Below, piece after piece: positions 60,374-64,000 of a stretch of 64,000 nt of DNA (the first letter of the stretch is position 1; every line of letters starts with the position of its first letter). Position numbers and translations under genes: made by a program. The stretch lies in the NCBI GenBank assembly GCA_043228905.1, contig JBHGNT010000014.1, positions 19,716,001 to 19,780,000 of the forward strand, in the 5' to 3' direction. Origin of the DNA: Azolla caroliniana. Lineage: Eukaryota > Plantae > Polypodiophyta. The notes below the pieces were generated by a model. That model was not told the DNA's origin, did not search any database, and saw nothing but the letters and a program-made list of their open reading frames with translations.

Positions 60374-62139
60374 AGTTACTCGCTCATGAGTTAGTTGTTT
60401 CTCTAGATCTCGCTATGAAATCCTTTATAAGCTTCTTCGTTAATTTGAAACATGTACTAATAAGTTCCGCTTCCATCATGTTTTTCTTGTATTGAAGCAA
60501 CTCGCGAGTCGCGACCAATCCAAAAACATTAGACATCTTTATGCAAAACTTAGGAACAAATCCAAAGTGCCGCCCAAGTAAAAAGAGATCGACATGCATG
60601 CATCTATCTTGTTGAATCCAATGCCCATACATCCAAGTTGATTTGTGGCAACATTTCGTAATGCAATTGCTCCATCCAAAATAGTTGGTAAGTTCTACAT
60701 TATCTTTTTGTGTTTCTAAAAAAAACATTGGCTTTACGAAAAAGTGCAACGTTCCCAACAACACGAAAATGATGTTTATGAATCAACATTTGGTCAAAGA
60801 ATATTGGCCCACAAATAATGTCCAAGATCATCAATATGTATACAAAATGGATTCCCTCTAATGATGATATGCATTGTGCCATAACAAATTTAAGCTAGCT
60901 TTTAAGTGATTCCACTATGTTTCTTTAATCATTATGTCCTAAAGTTTAACGCATGGCTTACCAATATTCTCATTATGTTTGTTCTATCATTATGTCCTAA
61001 AGTTTAACTCATGGCTTACCAATATTCTCAAACATTACATAATTCCATCATGAGGAACTTTGAGGAATGCAAATTCTATCCACATTAAACCTCTCTTTTG
61101 ACGAGACAAATGAGATTAGTGCCAAGTCACATGGTCATTGACCTAATTGTTAATGTCCACTCGATTGAAAAACGAAACTCATTCTCACTTGTCTGGCCAA
61201 AAATAGAGTAGACAATGGTAGTTCCTGAGACATTGACCTCAAGGTGGTTCTCAAGAACACTTGAGTAAGATTTATCTTTCAACTAGAACACCGAAAGGCA
61301 CTATATGTTTGGCACTATTGTCGGGAACTAAAGACACCACTCAAAACTAATGGTGACCTTTCCAAAGGCTCACATGGCTATCTAATTACAGAAAATCAAG
61401 TGTGCATGTGAAATATTAGAACTACTTGAACTACTTGGCCGTACTTCCTTTAAAGATGCATTCTTTGTGTGTGATAATGTGTTGTAAGAGCAAGTGAATT
61501 GTGCGTGATTCGCAATGTGTAAAGTTAATTGAACTAAATTTGAGTTTGAATGTTTGGTAATATTACAAGGACATGAATGGGTCGATTTATTTGCGCTTGA
61601 ATGTTGATAAAATGTTGAGTGCTCATAAGAACATGTTAGAGATTTGTAATTTAAAAGCTCTGTTGAATGGGGAGTTTGAGAATCGAGATAAAAGATTTGG
61701 GTGTTGTAAAGAAAGGTCTGGGAATGGAAATTCGCAAAGATGAGAAAAGCCAACACACTTCTACTATCATAGAAAATGCACATTGAGAGGGTTCTACAGT
61801 GATTTGTTAGCACTATATTCGTAGCACATTTCAATTTTCAGCAATGTTGTTACACACCTTTGAGAATGATAACCCATACGTACCGATAGTGGAGGTTAGC
61901 AAATGTTTTAGGATCCCTATGCCAGTGTTGTTGAGAGCCTCATGTATGCCCAGGTGTCCCAAACTTGTGAACGTAGATACACAAGAAACCTAGGAAATGT
62001 CCCTTGGCTAGTGGTGAAATGAAATTTTCAATAAATGAAGGATACTAGTGATGTTGGCTGAGTTTATTGGAGATTTATTCCATAGAAAGTTGGTGAACCA
62101 TTACATGTTTAGTCTTCCTTCTCCTTCGATGTACTATCA

Positions 62140-62420
62140 ATAATAAAGCAATGTTGCAATCGAGTGTTGCTTTGTTGATGTAGCCACAAGAGTGAAAGAA
62201 GTTATTTGGTGTCAATGCTTGGTTTGCCAATTGGGAGTAACATTAAATAAGAAATTAGCTTTTTGCAACAATCAAAGTTCCATACATTTGACCAAAATTC
62301 TACCGAGAACAAGCCAAGCACATTGAAATTAGGTTATACTTCACCAAAGATATTTTGGCACACATTTTTATTACAATTGAGAAAATCTCCTTTGCACATA
62401 AACCATAGAGGAATTTTCTT
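62140..62420 (+). mobile_element. Degenerate Copia RNase H remnant
   Basis: aaattctaccgagaacaagccaagcacattgaaattaggttatacttc (KFYREQAKHIEIRLYF) resembles Copia FHxRTKHIEIRYHF, with a QSSVAL-like motif upstream. Confidence 0.5.
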
Positions 62421-62892
62421 ATTGCTCACTAAATGTGGATGTGGGCTTATCGCCAAACCAAATCAAATACTTTTATCCTTATTTTGTCAAAACATTATTT
62501 TATCATCGCCACACCTTTTAATGATGGCTATGTCACAAGCATATTTTTTGTTCCATTGACTATGGATGTTGTTTTCAACCCATCTAGGCCTCCATGACAA
62601 GAGTTTCTTGTTGTTCTTTTTAGTGGGTACTTTATCGATTTAATTCATCAACGTCGTAATGGTTGTGGATACTTAATGCATTCCTTTTGCATACCCACCA
62701 CATGAAATATGTTTTTTTATCATGGTAGTTATCATCTTTAAATCCTTTTTCAACATTTGTCAATTAAAGTGGCAAATGTTTTGTCATGTAGTGCTACAAT
62801 ATATTTATCCTAAGATAGATAGGTGGGAGATTTAAATTGTGCATTTGATGTTATGTGTTTCATGTTTGTAATGTGTGATACAGATCACTTTA

Positions 62893-62932
<40 letters not shown>

Positions 62933-64000
62933 TTGGTACCATGAGTTCTTAAAATTTGATCATTTGCCAAGGAACACCCAATGTGTTGGTGTGTCCATGT
63001 CGACAAACATGCATGGCATTGGCTTTCTGACACTTTAGAGTATACCCAAGAGCACACTACCACATCAAATGATCACCTATTGCAGATGGAACCGTTAATA
63101 TATTGGAGGACAAGTAATGGCCTTTCCATCACCGCAACATACCAATACCTCAACAAAAGTTTCAAATGATCACTTCTTTGCGAGGACATTAATGGCACAG
63201 AAGTTCTAGGTATCAACGAAGAAGATGAAGAATGAAAGACATTAATAGCTATGGTTTCATGAATCTTGAATGAACCTTCTTCATCACGTTTCACAATACC
63301 ACTTTGCTTCCAGAGCAATGCAAAAGGTAAGCAAACAAAAGAGTGTCTTCAGTATTTACCACAATCACTTCCTTTTTGTTTTCTTGGGATGGTGAAATAT
63401 TATGCATTGCTCTAGAGATATTTTCCCTCTCTCCTTCCCATGTGATGCATTGTGTCATGCGTTCTTGGTCGAGGATTTAGTCATTTACTAATGGAGAGAG
63501 GTGTGAGGATATAATAGAATGAACATTTGCTTGTTATCTACATTAAAAGTCTGTCAGCAGTTAGCAATACAACCCTCTGTGCCAATTGCAATGCTAAATT
63601 CTACCCAATTAATCATGTGGCGAGTCCAGCTGTGGAAGTTTGGCTCTTCCATTTGGGTCTAGAAAGATGGTATCAATATGGTGGGAGGGGATATTGCTGA
63701 TAAGAAAGTGTAATATTACATCAAAATGTGCTTTTAGGGTTGAAGACAAGTTGTGTAGGTAATATCATCTTGTACTAGATGCTGGTGATGGTGGAGCCAT
63801 ACTAGAGCTGTAAATTGGTCTCGTACCAGGCTGATCCAGACCATCCATGGTTAGTTGATACACTGCTGGCCATGCATAAAGAGCTTGGAGTATACCTAAT
63901 TTGATGCCTCATCCAAGGACAATTGGTTCACAACCAACAACGCCGATATGATCGATTATCTGAACCTGCCGGCATAGATTGGAGAGCGTTTCAACGATGC

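Overview
Land-plant nuclear DNA (spliceosomal GT-AG introns, microsatellites, nested retroelements). The TE families and gene style suggest a non-seed plant such as a fern, but that is inference. Four host genes can be modelled from splice sites: the 5' part of a RING-CH (RINGv/MARCH-type) E3 ligase (-, runs off the left edge), an F-box/SnoaL SKIP8-like gene (-), a Cytokinin Response Factor (CRF)-domain gene (+), and an NPF7-type NRT1/PTR transporter (+). About 24-55 kb is mostly retroelements: a 5'-truncated L1, a Copia carrying a Gypsy that itself carries an LTR-less Gypsy fragment, an old Copia remnant, and a second L1 carrying two LTR-derived insertions. There is also an intact hAT-type MITE with 21-bp TIRs and an 8-bp TSD. 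The most unusual item is the CRF-like gene: it keeps the CRF domain, the SPxSV motif and the acidic tail but has no AP2/ERF DNA-binding domain. About ten 11-aa repeats carrying SUMO-consensus and SP sites sit in its place, and a probable 216-bp intron would add a 38-His tract and a stop if retained.
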